IMG/VR virus record: IMGVR_UViG_3300037297_000195
Coordinates: 1 to 64,000 of that record
DNA: 64,000 bases
Source: a virus
Direction: 5' to 3' (one strand)
Shown here in pieces: positions 26,442 through 36,730 of the stretch (position 1 is its first letter; the number at the start of each line of letters is the position of its first letter). Made by a program: the position numbers and the translations under genes. Under the pieces are notes generated by a model, which worked only from the letters and a program-made list of their open reading frames with translations, did no database searches and was not told where the DNA came from.

Positions 26442-29400
26442 TGGCCGTTAATTTTGGAGAAATATTTGCTGTATTTGGTGCTGATACGAGTCCACTTGTT
26501 AAGTCTCAAAAGGAAGTGGACTCTATTAGCAAAAATATGCAAAAAAAGCTGCTGAATGTAACCAAAGATGGAGAGGAATTATTAAAAAAAGTCAATACTG
26601 ATGGCGTTAAAAAAGCCGATTCTGAAGTTAATAAAGCAGCTAAAAATATACAGTCCAATTTAGAAAAGACGAATAATGAAGGAGAAAAATTATTAAAGAA
26701 TGTCCCTGTTAAAGGGATAGAGGAAGCAGAAAAAAAAGTTAACAATTTTGCCGAAACAGTAAAGAAAAAATTTACTGCTATCGGTGACAAAATGAAATCC
26801 ACTGGCGATAAAATGAAATCGGTCGGTGGGAATATGACGGCTTTAACTGCACCGGTAACAGCCTTTGGTGTTATTTCACTTAAAGCTGCGACTGATTTCA
26901 ACGAGGGAATGTCAAAAATTGCAACCCTTATTCCCAAACAAACAGAATATCTATATCAATTAAAAGATGCCGCTCAAGAAATGGGGATTGAGTATGGGAA
27001 ATCACCGAAAGAAGTAGCCGATGGAATGTATCAGGTTATTTCTGCTTTTGGGGATACCTCTGATGTATTAGGAATAACAAGATCAAATTTGACTGCTTCT
27101 GTCGCTGGATTTACGCAATTAACAGATGCAGTTAATTTAACTTCCGCTTGGGTTAAGGCGTATAATGATGTTACCGCTGAAGGGGTTAATAAAGCCAATG
27201 ATTTAGCTTTCCAAATTGTTAAATTAGGTGTAACAGATTATCCTCAATTAGCACAATCAATGGGAGAAGTTCTTCCTGCTGCTGCCGCTTTAGGGGTGAA
27301 ACAAGAGGAATTAGCCGCTTCATATGCCACATTAACAGGGGTGACAGGTAAAGCCAATAAAGTTAGCACCCAATTGAACGCAACTTTTGTTAAGTTATTG
27401 GCTCCGACTGATGCTATGTCGAAAGCTTTAACCCCATTAATTGCCCAAATGACGCAAGAGGGAAAAATTTCTGGAGATTTGGTAAATCAATATTTCGACA
27501 TTCAAAAGGCATATTCAAAAACTGCCGAAGAGATGGAAATGTTGAAGAGCATTGGCCAGGAAAATACCGACGAATATAAACAAAATAAAGAAGCATTAAA
27601 AGGGCTATCTAAAGAATATCAAACGGCAACTGCGGGGTTAATCCCTCTTATTGTCCAGAAGGAAGGTTTTCAAACAGTATTAATGGAAGCCGCTAAAGCG
27701 GCAGATGGGAACTCTAAAAAATTAGTTGAAATGATTGGCAGTGAAGAGGCGTTAAAGGCTGTTTTGGCATTAATTGGTCCTCAAGCAGATACATTTAATG
27801 AAAAATTAAAGAAGATGTATGAAGCTACTGGATCAACTTCTGAAGCCTTTCAAGAAGCCTCTGGGGGGATAAACGAAGTCGGATTTCAGATGAAACAAGC
27901 CACCGCTCAAATTGAGGTTTTAATGGAAAAAACTGGTGATGAATTAATGCCTCTTTTAGGTGATTTGTTGTCAACGACAATTATGCCTCTTGTTCAAGAT
28001 GGTCTTATCCCCATGTTAAAGGAATTCAATACCTGGGATGCAACCACAAAAAAAGTTATAATCGCTTTGGGAAGTATTGTTGTTGCATTAGGCCCATTTT
28101 TGTTCCTATTGGGAACAGTTATTTCTTCGGTTGGAACAATAGTTGGATCATTAGGTGGTTTGGCAAGTGCGGCTTTGCCCTCATTAGGAGCGGCGTTTTC
28201 CGCTGTTGCCTCTGTTATTTCCGGCGCTGTTACTGCCGCTCTGGGAACATTAACAGTGACATTTGGTGTTGTCGCTGCGGCGATTGTTTCGGTTGGATTC
28301 GCAGTATACCAATTAATTAAATATTGGGATGATGTTAAAGCGACTACGGAAGCCCTTGTCACTGCATTAAAATACAAATTTAAAGACCTTGATCTACAGC
28401 TAAAAATATATACCGCCAATATTTACAATTCCGCTAAAACATATTTAGTCGATAAATTTAATTCGATTAAAAAATCAGTGGTTGATTTTGTTAATTACAC
28501 AATTGATTATTGGAAACAAGCCCCAAATAAAATAGCAAATTACGTGAAGCAAATTTATGAGGGGATTAAACTTTGGCTTGTAGATAGAATGGACTCGATT
28601 GTTGTTTGGGTTCAGGCCAAAATTGACGCTATTATCGCCGCATTTCGAGCCGCTTCCGATTTATTGGTTGGCAATAGTATTGTCCCGGATATGATTAATG
28701 CTATTGGAAGTGAATTTGATAGGCTTGAAGATGTGATGGTCAAACCAGCAATTGAATATACAAAAACATTAACCAGGGTTTATGATAGAGCCGCAAAAAA
28801 AATTAGAGGCATTTCTTTTGCTCCGGCGCAAAGAGAATATGCCAGATTGTCTGATATTTTAGCATTAACAAATGGGGTTCCAATTGAAAATATAGGGCCG
28901 GTAGGTGATGTTGGGCTATATCAATTACGAGCACAAATGGGAGAAACGCTTAGTTATACCCAACAATTTATTCAAGACATGTCTTATCTGTTTGAGGATT
29001 TGACATATAATGCCTCTTATAGTGTAGAGGAATTGGAAGACGTGATTGCCTATAATTTTAATTCTATTAATGGAATTATAAAAAATAGTTTTGAGGATAT
29101 TGAAAGCGATGTTGAATCAGATTTAAGTAGTCTTGTTTCGACAATAGAAAATAAAATTGTAGATATTAATAATGTTTTGTCATTAATCGGAATTGATTTA
29201 GCTCAGATAATACAACAAAATTTATTAAATGTAACTGGTAGTGGTGGCCCATTTGATGAATTCATTTCTAATTTAATTTCCATTACTCAAGAAATATCTG
29301 ATGTTTTGGCCCTTCCTGGAAATGAGTTTGAGGATTCATTTACTACTGCAATGGATAATATTGTCGATTATTTTAATGATACATTTATAACAGATATGCT

Positions 29401-30613
29401 GTCATCAATTGATGATTTTATAGCGGAATGGGAGAACAAAATAGGAACAAACTGGACCTCTACCGGGACATTTAAGGGCATTTGGGGCCAGGTTGTTTCC
29501 GACATGAATTATTATTTTGAGGATCTTTTTAATGGCTCTTCCGGGAGTATTGTCGCTCATGCCGATACATTTTTATCTGCCTGGTCTGATTTTGCGAATG
29601 GTTTAATGTTTGCTTGGCAATCAGCATTAAATTTTGTAGCTACCGGGGCATATTTTACCGGGGGAGAAGTCCAGGGATATGCGTCTGGCGGGAAAGTAAA
29701 TGGACCTGGTGGCATTGATAATGTTCCCGCCTGGTTAACCGCTGGGGAATATGTTATTCCCAAAGATAGCGTTGATTATTACGGCAAGGATTTATTTGAA
29801 AGATTAAGAGCAAGAAAATTTTTAGATGGCGGCATTGTTGATGACGGAATAATAACTGTTTTACAAAAGCCATATAACGAAGTGATGACAATGCCATCTA
29901 ATCAGAATAGTTTTACCGTAGGCGCGCCTATGATGTATGATAATACAAGCGCGAATATATTGTCTTGGATGGCCAGAACATACCAAGTTTCAAGCGATGG
30001 CATTAATAAAAATACTCAGACTTTATCGACTTGGGATTATGGTTCTGGGACATGGGCTGGGAAAAAAGATTGGAAAACATTGTTAATAAAATCGGATCTT
30101 ATGGCCCCTACAGGCTGGTATTGTGACGATTTAATTAATAATGGGATATCTTCTCCTCCCTACAGTATGGGCGATCAGAATTATTTTTCCACAATGTCAT
30201 CTGGCGGGGGGTTTAGCAAATCCCCATTGCTTCAGGCTTTGGGAAATAGGGCTGGATCCACATATACTGATGCTTGGTTCCCTGCCGGATTTTATGACTA
30301 TGCCGACATGATGGGAATTAATATTGATGGCAATTGGCTTAACCCATCATTAAATTACCACACTGGGGGGTTAGTTGATGGCGGCTTGGTTAATACATTG
30401 CCGGATGAATATGTAATGCAACCAAGCGCAGTTAGTCATTATGGTGTCGATATGATGGACGACATAAATGATGGGAGTTATCAATCTGGAACAACTGTTA
30501 ATTTGTATGTGACTGTGGAAGGAAATATTATTGACAATCCAAGTGCCGAAAGAGATTTTTTTGCGAGAATTGCCGACAAATTGGATGATTATTATAGGAA
30601 GAGGTTAAGATAA
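26441..30613 (+). CDS. tape measure protein
   Basis: 1390 aa, with a long alpha-helical Ala/Lys-rich N-terminus, a hydrophobic Gly/Ala/Val TM-like segment (~aa 540-620), and C-terminal GG..D.VPAWLT.GEYVIP motifs repeated twice. Confidence 0.9.
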   Translation: MAVNFGEIFAVFGADTSPLVKSQKEVDSISKNMQKKLLNVTKDGEELLKKVNTDGVKKADSEVNKAAKNIQSNLEKTNNEGEKLLKNVPVKGIEEAEKKVNNFAETVKKKFTAIGDKMKSTGDKMKSVGGNMTALTAPVTAFGVISLKAATDFNEGMSKIATLIPKQTEYLYQLKDAAQEMGIEYGKSPKEVADGMYQVISAFGDTSDVLGITRSNLTASVAGFTQLTDAVNLTSAWVKAYNDVTAEGVNKANDLAFQIVKLGVTDYPQLAQSMGEVLPAAAALGVKQEELAASYATLTGVTGKANKVSTQLNATFVKLLAPTDAMSKALTPLIAQMTQEGKISGDLVNQYFDIQKAYSKTAEEMEMLKSIGQENTDEYKQNKEALKGLSKEYQTATAGLIPLIVQKEGFQTVLMEAAKAADGNSKKLVEMIGSEEALKAVLALIGPQADTFNEKLKKMYEATGSTSEAFQEASGGINEVGFQMKQATAQIEVLMEKTGDELMPLLGDLLSTTIMPLVQDGLIPMLKEFNTWDATTKKVIIALGSIVVALGPFLFLLGTVISSVGTIVGSLGGLASAALPSLGAAFSAVASVISGAVTAALGTLTVTFGVVAAAIVSVGFAVYQLIKYWDDVKATTEALVTALKYKFKDLDLQLKIYTANIYNSAKTYLVDKFNSIKKSVVDFVNYTIDYWKQAPNKIANYVKQIYEGIKLWLVDRMDSIVVWVQAKIDAIIAAFRAASDLLVGNSIVPDMINAIGSEFDRLEDVMVKPAIEYTKTLTRVYDRAAKKIRGISFAPAQREYARLSDILALTNGVPIENIGPVGDVGLYQLRAQMGETLSYTQQFIQDMSYLFEDLTYNASYSVEELEDVIAYNFNSINGIIKNSFEDIESDVESDLSSLVSTIENKIVDINNVLSLIGIDLAQIIQQNLLNVTGSGGPFDEFISNLISITQEISDVLALPGNEFEDSFTTAMDNIVDYFNDTFITDMLSSIDDFIAEWENKIGTNWTSTGTFKGIWGQVVSDMNYYFEDLFNGSSGSIVAHADTFLSAWSDFANGLMFAWQSALNFVATGAYFTGGEVQGYASGGKVNGPGGIDNVPAWLTAGEYVIPKDSVDYYGKDLFERLRARKFLDGGIVDDGIITVLQKPYNEVMTMPSNQNSFTVGAPMMYDNTSANILSWMARTYQVSSDGINKNTQTLSTWDYGSGTWAGKKDWKTLLIKSDLMAPTGWYCDDLINNGISSPPYSMGDQNYFSTMSSGGGFSKSPLLQALGNRAGSTYTDAWFPAGFYDYADMMGINIDGNWLNPSLNYHTGGLVDGGLVNTLPDEYVMQPSAVSHYGVDMMDDINDGSYQSGTTVNLYVTVEGNIIDNPSAERDFFARIADKLDDYYRKRLR

Positions 30614-31671
30614 TGGCTCCTAAAATAATGTATGATAATTTAATTAGTGATGAGGATTATCTAACTGCATCTTCTGATCGACCCGGAATCGTTACGAACG
30701 TTATCAAGGAAGGCACTGGTGGGGCGATAATGCAGTCCCTTGGTGATTATACCGGTAATTTAACAAATCAATATACGATTGAAATTGATAGCATTGCTGG
30801 CGGTCAGAATGTAGGGGAAGCAACATTTTCATGGATTGATTCATTTGGAAATGGTGGGGATGGAATTTTAACAAGCACATCTGAAACATCGCTGAATTAT
30901 GGAGTTTCTATTCAATTTGTTGAAAGCTCATCTGATGATTTTGAATTAGGGGATAAATGGTATTTTAAAGCGATTAATTATTATCGTCCTGGACAAATGA
31001 TTAATTATGATCGGGATACAAGATACCGATCATCCGGATTGGATAATCCGAATTGGATTGAAATAGATTTCGGATCAGCCCAATCAATTACCTGTTTTTG
31101 TTTAATTGATCATAATTTTACCGATTCGGCTATTGTGACTTTACAGGCAAATGATAATTCAGATTCAACCGCTTGGGATTCCCCTCCATTTGAGGAAGTT
31201 TTAACTGTAGACGGGCAAACAATCTATAAGGTATTTTCAGCAGTATCATACAGATATTGGAGATTGGAAATTGATGATAATGGGAATCCGGATGCGTATA
31301 TTGAAATAGGGGAAATATTTTTAGGAAATCAATTAACAATAAATGATTATAAATATGGAGATAACAACAATAGATCCGCTCTCCTATCAAATGATCGAGT
31401 TAGGAGTGGGGTCAGAAAAATAATGTATCATAACACCAATCGTGTTATTTCTATTGTGCTAAATAATCCATCTGAATCGGATAGGGATACATTATGGGAT
31501 TTATTTGATTCAATATCATCTAAAGCCAATATGCAACTAAAACCATTTTTCTTGTATATAAATAGCGCTTTGTATTATGTTATATTAGATGAAATTCCAT
31601 CCCGTAGTTATACGTATAATGTTTTTAGTATCTCACTAACATTTGATGAAGTTTTAACGAGTCGGACATGA
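30613..31671 (+). CDS. distal tail protein candidate
   Basis: The first ORF after the tape measure, with a TAATG overlap. YRYWRLEIDDNGNPDAYIEIGEIFLG resembles a carbohydrate-binding-type segment. Confidence 0.5.
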   Translation: MAPKIMYDNLISDEDYLTASSDRPGIVTNVIKEGTGGAIMQSLGDYTGNLTNQYTIEIDSIAGGQNVGEATFSWIDSFGNGGDGILTSTSETSLNYGVSIQFVESSSDDFELGDKWYFKAINYYRPGQMINYDRDTRYRSSGLDNPNWIEIDFGSAQSITCFCLIDHNFTDSAIVTLQANDNSDSTAWDSPPFEEVLTVDGQTIYKVFSAVSYRYWRLEIDDNGNPDAYIEIGEIFLGNQLTINDYKYGDNNNRSALLSNDRVRSGVRKIMYHNTNRVISIVLNNPSESDRDTLWDLFDSISSKANMQLKPFFLYINSALYYVILDEIPSRSYTYNVFSISLTFDEVLTSRT

Positions 31672-33368
31672 TTAATGTATCGATAGAATGGATGAATCGT
31701 ATTGATAGGGGAGAACAACCCACTCCATATATCATAATGGAAACGGGCATGGGATGGAGAGCTTTTGGTGGCAGAAATTTATCTGATATGGATATGGGAG
31801 ATGATAATAGGGCCGATGGGGAATATTATGCAGATGGCGAAATTTATGCTGGTGTTAATTCATTAAAATTATTATCTTTCGATGCAAGGGTTATTTCATT
31901 TGGGAACATTAATAGGACGTTAAAGCCAAAATCAAGAGACCTATTCATTGGTTATAACTCAAAAGAAAAGGCTGAAATTAGCATTACTCTTGACAATAAA
32001 GATCATTATTTTAATGATTTATTGAAAATTGAACCGATATTAAATAAGCGATTACAACTTTATTTAGGATATGAACAAGACCCATTTACAGAACATATTC
32101 CATTGTTTAATGGGGAAATAAGCGATATACAATTTGATTCTCAAGGCAAATTTACCATTAGTGCTCTTGAATCATTATCAGATCTTTCCGAATATTATTA
32201 TTTAAATCGGGCGGGGAGGTTTGATAACCCACTAAATACAAATGACAAATTGCCCATTGTTTATGGGGATTGTTCGGATGGGCCAAATTGGAAGGCTCCA
32301 TGTATTGATACTGTTAATTATGTTTATTGTTTTGCCGGGCATGCCGTTTTGAGTGTTGCGAATGGTAATGATATAAGAGTTTTTGTTAATGGTTTAGAAG
32401 TCGATCCAATTGATTATGTGTTTAACGAATCTGATTCGAGTTATGAAAATATGGCAACAATTACGTTTGCTTCTGCCGCTGCCGGATTAGATGAAATAGA
32501 TGTGGTTGTAGGAGGAAAAGGAAAAGATACGGGCGGGGTATTAATTGAAAACATCATTGATATTATTGATGACTTGCTATTTAATGTAGTTGGATGGGAT
32601 GGAGAATTGGAAGCGACTAAAAAAGCGATGTCATACCATTTATTCGAAGGGAAAAGTTATGTTGCGGCTGGAGTAATAACTGATGATTTTGATGTTTGGG
32701 AAAAACTTAAGGAAATGACCGCCTCTTTTTACGGAACTGTTTTCCTCAATAGCAATAATAAATTAGTAATAGATTTGGATTTAAGAAAATGGAATGATGT
32801 CAGGTTTTATGAGTCAAATGCAATCATGACAACGACGAAAACAGAAATTTATGACGCCGCTCAAATGCTGGACGGAATTGTTAATCATTTTCCGGTTTCA
32901 TATGCTTATGATTATTATAATAAGGAATTTAGGAGTTATACGGATGATTCGGCTTATCATAATTTAATTTCGCAATCTACATATGGAGATAGATCTCCAG
33001 GCAGATTTCAATTTTATTGGATTAGAGAATTAGCAACTGTTAATTCTCAGCAAGACGTATTAGTTGATCGATTGAATAGGCCGATTTGGCAATTAAAAGT
33101 TAAAGACATCTCTGGCGTTAATTTACATTTAGAGTTAGGGGATATAATACAATATACTGCCGAAAATTATTATTCGGCAATGGGAGATGAATTTATTAAC
33201 CAATATTTTTTAATTATTGGGGTAGATTTGGATTTAGATACATATAAAATTAATTGGACCCTGGTTGATACCCAAAGCTACAGGATGTTTTCTGTTTATG
33301 CCGATGGGGATGTTTATGCCAATGGTGAATATTTTGCCGGCGATAATAAAGATATAACAATTTATTAG
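31668..33368 (+). CDS. tail tip/baseplate hub protein candidate
   Basis: 566 aa. Second ORF after the tape measure, with an ATGA overlap. Confidence 0.45.
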   Translation: MINVSIEWMNRIDRGEQPTPYIIMETGMGWRAFGGRNLSDMDMGDDNRADGEYYADGEIYAGVNSLKLLSFDARVISFGNINRTLKPKSRDLFIGYNSKEKAEISITLDNKDHYFNDLLKIEPILNKRLQLYLGYEQDPFTEHIPLFNGEISDIQFDSQGKFTISALESLSDLSEYYYLNRAGRFDNPLNTNDKLPIVYGDCSDGPNWKAPCIDTVNYVYCFAGHAVLSVANGNDIRVFVNGLEVDPIDYVFNESDSSYENMATITFASAAAGLDEIDVVVGGKGKDTGGVLIENIIDIIDDLLFNVVGWDGELEATKKAMSYHLFEGKSYVAAGVITDDFDVWEKLKEMTASFYGTVFLNSNNKLVIDLDLRKWNDVRFYESNAIMTTTKTEIYDAAQMLDGIVNHFPVSYAYDYYNKEFRSYTDDSAYHNLISQSTYGDRSPGRFQFYWIRELATVNSQQDVLVDRLNRPIWQLKVKDISGVNLHLELGDIIQYTAENYYSAMGDEFINQYFLIIGVDLDLDTYKINWTLVDTQSYRMFSVYADGDVYANGEYFAGDNKDITIY

Positions 33369-33377
33369 GAGGATATA

Positions 33378-34592
33378 ATGGCGGTAGGATCAAATTTAAA
33401 AATACAATACAATGAGCGGATGACGGGAGAAAATCACCCGACCAGAACAGATACGCTTAATCGATTGATGGCCCCTGATCATGAACAGGATGGCCATCAT
33501 AAATGGGTTATGCTCCATGAAAATGCGAATCAATCAACAGGGGCGGACCAATTTTTGTTATTAGCGAAAAATGATGGAACTCAAACTGAACTGTATGGTA
33601 GGTCTGAATCCGATGGGACTGTTTTCCAAATAACAAAGGACGGCAAATTATACACCTCTAATAATGTTTGTATAGATTCCGATATGACAATTGGAACAAA
33701 TAATAATTTAATTGTAACTCCAGCAAGAGCACAGAGACTTGTATATCGCGATGGGACAAGAGCATTAACTGCTGATTGGGATATTGGCGAGGGGTTTACA
33801 ATACATTCTGAAAAATTTGCGGCAAGATCGAGTGCTGGTTTACGGTTGGAAGATGATGCCGGGAATTTGGGAGTTTTTATAGAAGATGGTGGCCAGGTTG
33901 GTATTGCGAATAGTAACCCTGGTGCAGCTCTACATGTTACCGGTGATCAAATAACTACAGGATATAATAAAATAGGGTATGGCGCTTCGACAGCGGCTAC
34001 CTATTTGCAAATAGGCGCTGCCAGAACAGATAACGGTTATGCCTATTTTGATTTAATTGGGGATACCACATATCCAAGCTATGGTTTCAGATTTATTCGG
34101 GGGAATACGGGTGCAAATGCATCTACCACCCTATTACATAGGGGAACTGGGCATTTTATATTTCAAACAGAGGAAGCTGCTGAGATTCGGTTTTATACTA
34201 ATGATGCGCTTAGAATGGCAATGGGTTCTACGGGAAATATGTCCCTTTCTAACGGCGAAAATTTAGGAATTGGCAGCTCTTCAATATTTGGAACAAATGC
34301 CGCTAATGTTTTAAGCATTTACAATTCAACCGCTCCAACAACGGCACCAACTGATGCCGTTCAACTTTATGCTGCTGATGCTAACGGAACTGCTGGAAAA
34401 AAAACTTTACACCAATTTGGAGAAATTGGGGAAACCGAGGTTATTTGTGGGGCAACAATATCCACAGCGGTAAATCCAACAAATGCTCGGTTCGGATTAT
34501 TCCATTTTGATTCTGATGCTGGTAATGGTGATGGAGCTCTACGGTTTTATACTGGGACTCAATGGATAACGATCTGGATTGATCTGGATTGA
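33378..34592 (+). CDS. tail fibre / receptor-binding protein candidate
   Basis: 404 aa and Gly/Thr/Ala-rich. GGAGG RBS. The last large tail ORF. Confidence 0.45.
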   Translation: MAVGSNLKIQYNERMTGENHPTRTDTLNRLMAPDHEQDGHHKWVMLHENANQSTGADQFLLLAKNDGTQTELYGRSESDGTVFQITKDGKLYTSNNVCIDSDMTIGTNNNLIVTPARAQRLVYRDGTRALTADWDIGEGFTIHSEKFAARSSAGLRLEDDAGNLGVFIEDGGQVGIANSNPGAALHVTGDQITTGYNKIGYGASTAATYLQIGAARTDNGYAYFDLIGDTTYPSYGFRFIRGNTGANASTTLLHRGTGHFIFQTEEAAEIRFYTNDALRMAMGSTGNMSLSNGENLGIGSSSIFGTNAANVLSIYNSTAPTTAPTDAVQLYAADANGTAGKKTLHQFGEIGETEVICGATISTAVNPTNARFGLFHFDSDAGNGDGALRFYTGTQWITIWIDLD

Positions 34593-34614
34593 TTTGTAAA
34601 AAAGGAGAAAAAAA

Positions 34615-34905
34615 ATGATTGTTCACAAAAATGAATTTAATGACTATGGCAGGATTAAAACAATTAACATTGAATTGCAAAGAGATGAAGAAGGAAATGT
34701 CATCCCGAATGTTGATTTTGGGTATGAAATTGGCAGGGTTGACAAGGAAGAAAATTGGCATAATCAAGGGGTAACCCATATCCATTTTGATGGTAAAGAT
34801 GCGGAAAATGTTTTGCTTGGTTTGAGAACAAGAGATGGAGTAAAAAAACTGTATAAATCCGTTGAGGATATGTTAACAAGAAGGGATTTGGTTGACAGAC
34901 CATGA
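34615..34905 (+). CDS. hypothetical protein
   Basis: 96-aa ORF with an AAGGAG RBS. Confidence 0.45.
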   Translation: MIVHKNEFNDYGRIKTINIELQRDEEGNVIPNVDFGYEIGRVDKEENWHNQGVTHIHFDGKDAENVLLGLRTRDGVKKLYKSVEDMLTRRDLVDRP

Positions 34906-35042
34906 TCAAAAAAGTAATAAAATTCATCAAGAAAAACCCCATAACAGTTGGTTTAGAAAAAGATAGAAGGGGCAAACTTGAGAAAATTTTAAATAAAGCA
35001 AGAGGAAAAGGAGGATGGATAAAGTTCAGAATAAAGTTTTGA
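34902..35042 (+). CDS. 46-aa basic mini-protein
   Basis: ATGA overlap with the upstream stop. 47 codons checked by hand. Confidence 0.3.
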   Translation: MIKKVIKFIKKNPITVGLEKDRRGKLEKILNKARGKGGWIKFRIKF

Positions 35043-35164
35043 AGTGTGTTATTTGCAAACTAAAAAACGTTGAATTTAAATTAAATAGATGGCTAAAGCG
35101 TGTTAATATTAAACTTGAAAAAGGATTTTTTTATTTAAATTTAAAAGGAGATGAAAAATCATGA
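35015..35164 (+). CDS. 49-aa mini-protein with CxxC
   Basis: Its stop is in an ATGA overlap with the ATG of 35161..35523. 50 codons checked by hand. Confidence 0.3.
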   Translation: MDKVQNKVLKCVICKLKNVEFKLNRWLKRVNIKLEKGFFYLNLKGDEKS

Positions 35165-35523
35165 GTATTTTGTCTGGAGTAGTTGGAAATTTGTTTGGCT
35201 CATTAAAGGGCCAATTGATCAGCTTGATTTTGAGCTATCTTCCCGAAATTACAGATCTGATCAAAGATGAATTGGAAGCATTAATCCAAAAATGGTATGC
35301 CGATTCCGGCGATACCCCAAAAATGTGGGATGATTTGTTATTCAGTTTTTGCTTGGATGTCATTAATTTTGGGGATGAAAGTCACAAAAAAGTATTTCCT
35401 CAAGAGTTTAAAGAGGGAATGTATGTTCTGTATTACAAAACGAAAAATACACCTAATCCATATGACGATATTGTAGTCGCCGCATTATTTAAATTAATGG
35501 GCTTGGAAACCCCTGCAAGTTAA
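35161..35523 (+). CDS. hypothetical protein (amphipathic N-terminus)
   Basis: 120 aa with a GGAG RBS. The last plus-strand gene before the convergent terminator. Confidence 0.5.
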   Translation: MSILSGVVGNLFGSLKGQLISLILSYLPEITDLIKDELEALIQKWYADSGDTPKMWDDLLFSFCLDVINFGDESHKKVFPQEFKEGMYVLYYKTKNTPNPYDDIVVAALFKLMGLETPAS

Positions 35524-35528
35524 AAAAA

Positions 35529-35550
35529 TGGGGAGGATAATGCCTCCCCA
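35529..35550. terminator. bidirectional intrinsic terminator at convergence point
   Basis: 8-bp stem TGGGGAGG/CCTCCCCA with a 6-nt loop. It is flanked by A7 on one side (a U-tract for minus-strand transcripts) and a T-rich run on the other. Confidence 0.65.
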
Positions 35551-35686
35551 AAACATTATTTTTTGTTATTATCAAGACATTTTTTACAAACCATTTTTAC
35601 CTCTTTTTTATCTGTTATTAACACATACAATCTTTTGAAAACGCCTTCGCAAATTTCACAAACATTGTAATCGTCTGGTTTGCCAT

Positions 35687-36241
35687 TTATTTTTCCTCAT
35701 TTGCTAATTGATAATGCGGATAATCCTTAAAGGAATTCCAATCCCCTCCCCATTCAATTTTAATGCCAAGTTTATCTGCCGTGTAAATGACGATCTTCCC
35801 AAGATTTTTAAACCCCTTAATATCATCCCAGTCAAGGGGAAAGGGCGCAACATCCACCGCTCTGGAAGGGGAAGAAAGATGTTTACTATTCATCGTTTTT
35901 GAGACACCTTTTGCCACTAATTCTTTTTGCCGTTCAATCGTTCTGTGGCCTTCTAAAATTATGCAATCGGTATGTTTAATCACCTCATTAAAAATCTTTT
36001 GTAATTTTGGGTGACAAGTTGCAAGATTTGATTTAGATCTATTTGAAAATTTATATCCTTTTTGTGGCTCTTCTCCATCTTTAACTTCAAACCACATTCC
36101 ATCAAGCCAATTCCATCTTTTCCCGTCTGAAGTGATGTAAATATTATGGAATTTATGCCATTCGTCATTAGCATAATGAAATGAATAAGTTGTAGGATCA
36201 ACCACATCAAAGTCGATTACTTCAATAAACATTTCTTTCAT
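35687..36241 (-). CDS. endolysin, peptidase M15 (VanY / L-Ala-D-Glu peptidase type)
   Basis: EGHRTIERQKELVAKG, SKHLSSPSRAVDVAP (H-x7-D) and WGGDW...DYPHY are the Zn ligand motifs of M15 peptidases. Confidence 0.8.
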   Translation of the reverse strand: MKEMFIEVIDFDVVDPTTYSFHYANDEWHKFHNIYITSDGKRWNWLDGMWFEVKDGEEPQKGYKFSNRSKSNLATCHPKLQKIFNEVIKHTDCIILEGHRTIERQKELVAKGVSKTMNSKHLSSPSRAVDVAPFPLDWDDIKGFKNLGKIVIYTADKLGIKIEWGGDWNSFKDYPHYQLANEEK

Positions 36242-36249
36242 AATTAATT

Positions 36250-36402
36250 TTACTCCTTGTTTTTAGCGATAAATTTCGCGGCTTTAATGATCAGAAACCG
36301 CAAAATGTCGGCGACTAAAGCTCCAAAAACAGCTGAGAAAAAAACAATTTCGATAAGCTTCATTTGGCTTATCGGCATCATTAAAACTGTTGTTCCTTCC
36401 AT
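36250..36402 (-). CDS. holin candidate (50 aa, one TM helix)
   Basis: AAGGAG lies 6 nt before the ATG. MEGTTVLMMPISQMKLIEIVFFSAVFGALVADILRFLIIKAAKFIAKNKE has a TM helix plus a basic tail. Immediately upstream of the endolysin. Confidence 0.5.
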   Translation of the reverse strand: MEGTTVLMMPISQMKLIEIVFFSAVFGALVADILRFLIIKAAKFIAKNKE

Positions 36403-36440
36403 TTTTTACTCCTTGTTTTTTATTAATTGATGATTTATAT

Positions 36441-36621
36441 ATTAAATGCTGGCTTGCCACATCTTTCTATTAATGGGCAATGCCCTTGAGAAGTAGAGCT
36501 TAATAGAAAGGCATCCCAATATCAAATTGATATCAGGTATCATGCAATCTCCAATATTCCGCTTTATAACCACCATATCTTATTTTTGCGGTTGAAGTTC
36601 CCATGAAAGCCAGCATTAAAT
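36441..36621 (-). promoter_or_regulatory. nested inverted-repeat element (structured leader) upstream of lysis cassette
   Basis: 11-bp pair 36445-36455/36607-36617, 11-bp pair 36463-36473/36500-36510 enclosing GGGC/GCCC (36475-36485), and 7-bp palindrome 36519-36533. Confidence 0.5.
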
Positions 36622-36729
36622 TTATCCTCTCTTTTTCAAGTAAACTTTTTTAACCCCATCTTCAAATTTAAGGATTAAGATTATTTCTTTCGCACGATCC
36701 ATTTCGACGTGTGATACTCTTACTTTCAT
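36622..36729 (-). CDS. 35-aa mini-protein
   Basis: Its ATG lies 1 nt after the upstream stop. Sequence MKVRVSHVEMDRAKEIILILKFEDGVKKVYLKKRG. Confidence 0.3.
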   Translation of the reverse strand: MKVRVSHVEMDRAKEIILILKFEDGVKKVYLKKRG

Positions 36730-36730
36730 T

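Noticed and set aside
26506-28419. Minus-strand ORFs 26506..26937 and 27994..28419 inside the tape measure gene
   Set aside because: They are antisense to a 1390-aa ORF with clear tape-measure features. Their translations are low-complexity mirror images of the Ala/Lys-rich coding strand.
35553-35690. 46-codon CxxC...CxxC reading frame (GKPDDYNVCEICEG...MVCKKCLDNNKK) immediately 3' of the endolysin stop, reachable by a -1 shift on GAA AAA
   Set aside because: There is no start codon after the in-frame TGA and no canonical X_XXY_YYZ slippery heptamer. It could be a decayed gene. It is worth a look only if proteomics shows an extended endolysin.
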